Source: Carpediemonas membranifera BICM (taxonomy: Eukaryota; Protista; Fornicata). From it: 64,000 nucleotides of DNA. The notes under the pieces were generated by a model. That model saw nothing but the letters and a program-made list of their open reading frames with translations. It was not told the DNA's origin and did not search any database. A program made the translations under genes and the position numbers. Positions 62,542 through 64,000 of this stretch are shown here, in pieces. The DNA lies in the NCBI GenBank assembly GCA_019828565.1, contig JAHDYR010000016.1, positions 211,053 to 275,052 of the forward strand, read 5' to 3'. Each line of letters starts with the position of its first letter. The first letter of the stretch is position 1.

Positions 62542-63918
62542 TCACCCGCGCTCCTCACGCATCTTCGCGACCAGCTCGCCCAGTGCAGAGTCGTACGCCG
62601 CCTTGTTGTCCTCCAGCAGCTGCTTAGACAGACGTACCTCGTCCTCCTTGGCGACAAGTTCGTTCTTCAGCGCCCGCACCCGCGCCTCAGCCTGCTGCTT
62701 GGCAGACTCGAGCTCGATTCTCAGCTGAGCGGCGTCGTCCAGGTCACCGCTGCCCTCAGGCTTCTCCTGCATCAGCTTGGCATTCACCGCGTTCGCCTTA
62801 TTGACCTCGAGCTGCAGCTGCTGCCGCTGAGCTACTGCCTCCTCGAGCTGAGACGACAGGTCTGCATTGTGCCGCTTAGTCGATGCCAGCAGCTCCTCCA
62901 GCCTGGCTACCTCTGACGCGAGGGCCTTAGTCTGATGCTCGGACGCGCCCGCCTGGTTGGCTCTGGCGAGCTTGTCCTGCAGTGCTGAGATCATCTCGCC
63001 TCTCTCATCAAGCTCACCCTCGAGCTCCCGTATCCTCGCCGCACATTCCTCCAACTCCTGCGACGATGACGCGTGCTCCTCTTGTGCCCCCGAGGTCGAG
63101 ACGAGCTGCGACTGGGCGATCTGCGGTGTGGGCGGAGTCAGGGTCCTCGGCATCGACTCCTGGCTGAACTTGGGCCGGGGGAGGGCATCACTCGACTCCT
63201 TCTGCCGGAGAGAAGAGATGAGCTCGTCGTCGTGCTTCGCTTTCTGGACCATCATCTTCAGCTTGTTGCGGAGGTCGGCGCTCTGCTTCTCGAGGTAGCC
63301 CACTCTTGAGGATAGGCTGTCATTGTGGCGGCGCAGCTTGCTGTTGTTGTCGCCCTGCACGAGCAGCTGCTCCTCGAGCTCAGCCACCTTCTGGTGCAGG
63401 CTCTCGCGCATCTGGTCGAGATGGTGCTTGTTCTTGACGTCCACATCCGACTTGGCGTCTGAGCGCTCGCCAATCTTTGTGCGAGCTTCCTTGAGCTGCA
63501 CCTTGAGGAGGGCAATCTGTGTTGCTCGACCACGCCAATTTGACGCGCCGTCCAGGAGCTCCTGGGGATCCCACTGCTCGTCGCCCAGCTCCTTGATGAG
63601 TGCCTGACGGTATTTGGCGAGCTCGGCCTTGAGCTTTGTGTTGGACGCCTCGAGGGCACCCACTCTCTTTGTGAAATGGGCCATCATCTTCTTCTCGTCG
63701 GCTGGTGCCCCCTTGATCTTCGCTGGACTGGGTATTGCTGGAGAAGCTGCTGGCATTTTGGACTGTTTCTCCTTCAGCTCCTCCAATTCCTTCTTCAACT
63801 TTCGTGTGTGCTCTTGGGAACTGTTTAGCTCAAGTCTCAATGCCCGATTGGCCTTAGATAGTTCAATTATACGATCGGGAGCGGCCGATTCTTCCTCAAA
63901 CGCTTCAGGCCCACTCAT
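62542..63918 (-). CDS. CCDC13: CCDC13-like coiled-coil protein
   Basis: RIIELSKANR, L.KELG, WRGRATQI..LK and K..HDDELI..L motifs. Confidence 0.75.
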   Translation of the reverse strand: MSGPEAFEEESAAPDRIIELSKANRALRLELNSSQEHTRKLKKELEELKEKQSKMPAASPAIPSPAKIKGAPADEKKMMAHFTKRVGALEASNTKLKAELAKYRQALIKELGDEQWDPQELLDGASNWRGRATQIALLKVQLKEARTKIGERSDAKSDVDVKNKHHLDQMRESLHQKVAELEEQLLVQGDNNSKLRRHNDSLSSRVGYLEKQSADLRNKLKMMVQKAKHDDELISSLRQKESSDALPRPKFSQESMPRTLTPPTPQIAQSQLVSTSGAQEEHASSSQELEECAARIRELEGELDERGEMISALQDKLARANQAGASEHQTKALASEVARLEELLASTKRHNADLSSQLEEAVAQRQQLQLEVNKANAVNAKLMQEKPEGSGDLDDAAQLRIELESAKQQAEARVRALKNELVAKEDEVRLSKQLLEDNKAAYDSALGELVAKMREERG

Positions 63919-64000
63919 GAAAAATTCGAACTGCTTTTAGACATAGCCTGCTCGACCGGCAGCCGACGCCAGAACCGGAGCTGGGCACGACCCACTCATT

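Overview
Gene-dense eukaryotic DNA with very short spliceosomal introns (28-37 nt) whose branch point appears fused to the 3' splice site. By inference it comes from a compact-genome metamonad protist such as a free-living fornicate (Carpediemonas-like). About 32 host genes are present, including VPS35L, WASHC3, SNAPIN, glucosylceramide synthase, RPN8, SDA1, EF-1alpha, PAC2, RPL30, RPL44, MTR4, FTase alpha, glycogen phosphorylase, PSMB2, taxilin, CapZ alpha, NBP35, RAE1, a GCP, gamma-tubulin, an FG-GAP/Cys-rich surface protein, CDC48 and CCDC13. Twenty-six consecutive host genes lie on the minus strand. The main discovery is at 33.2-39.2 kb: two divergent plus-strand Fanzor1-type (eukaryotic TnpB-derived, RNA-guided RuvC nuclease) loci. 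One is long but frameshifted; the other is an intact 319-aa N-terminally truncated ORF that keeps the D-E-D triad. Each is followed by an 80-100 nt long hairpin ending in the shared motif AACAAT...CTGCGCA(A/G)CA, the expected position and form of an omegaRNA scaffold. A third, orphan copy of the scaffold lies upstream of the first locus, and each copy is followed by a different putative guide. A further ~270-nt highly structured stretch follows the second scaffold. Other observations are a GC-AG intron in CDC48, a recurring intergenic TAAACTGC(AC) motif, a GCP/gamma-tubulin/XMAP215-like gene trio, and exact duplications in and next to the surface protein gene. All assignments are from motif recognition by eye; no searches or folding programs were run.
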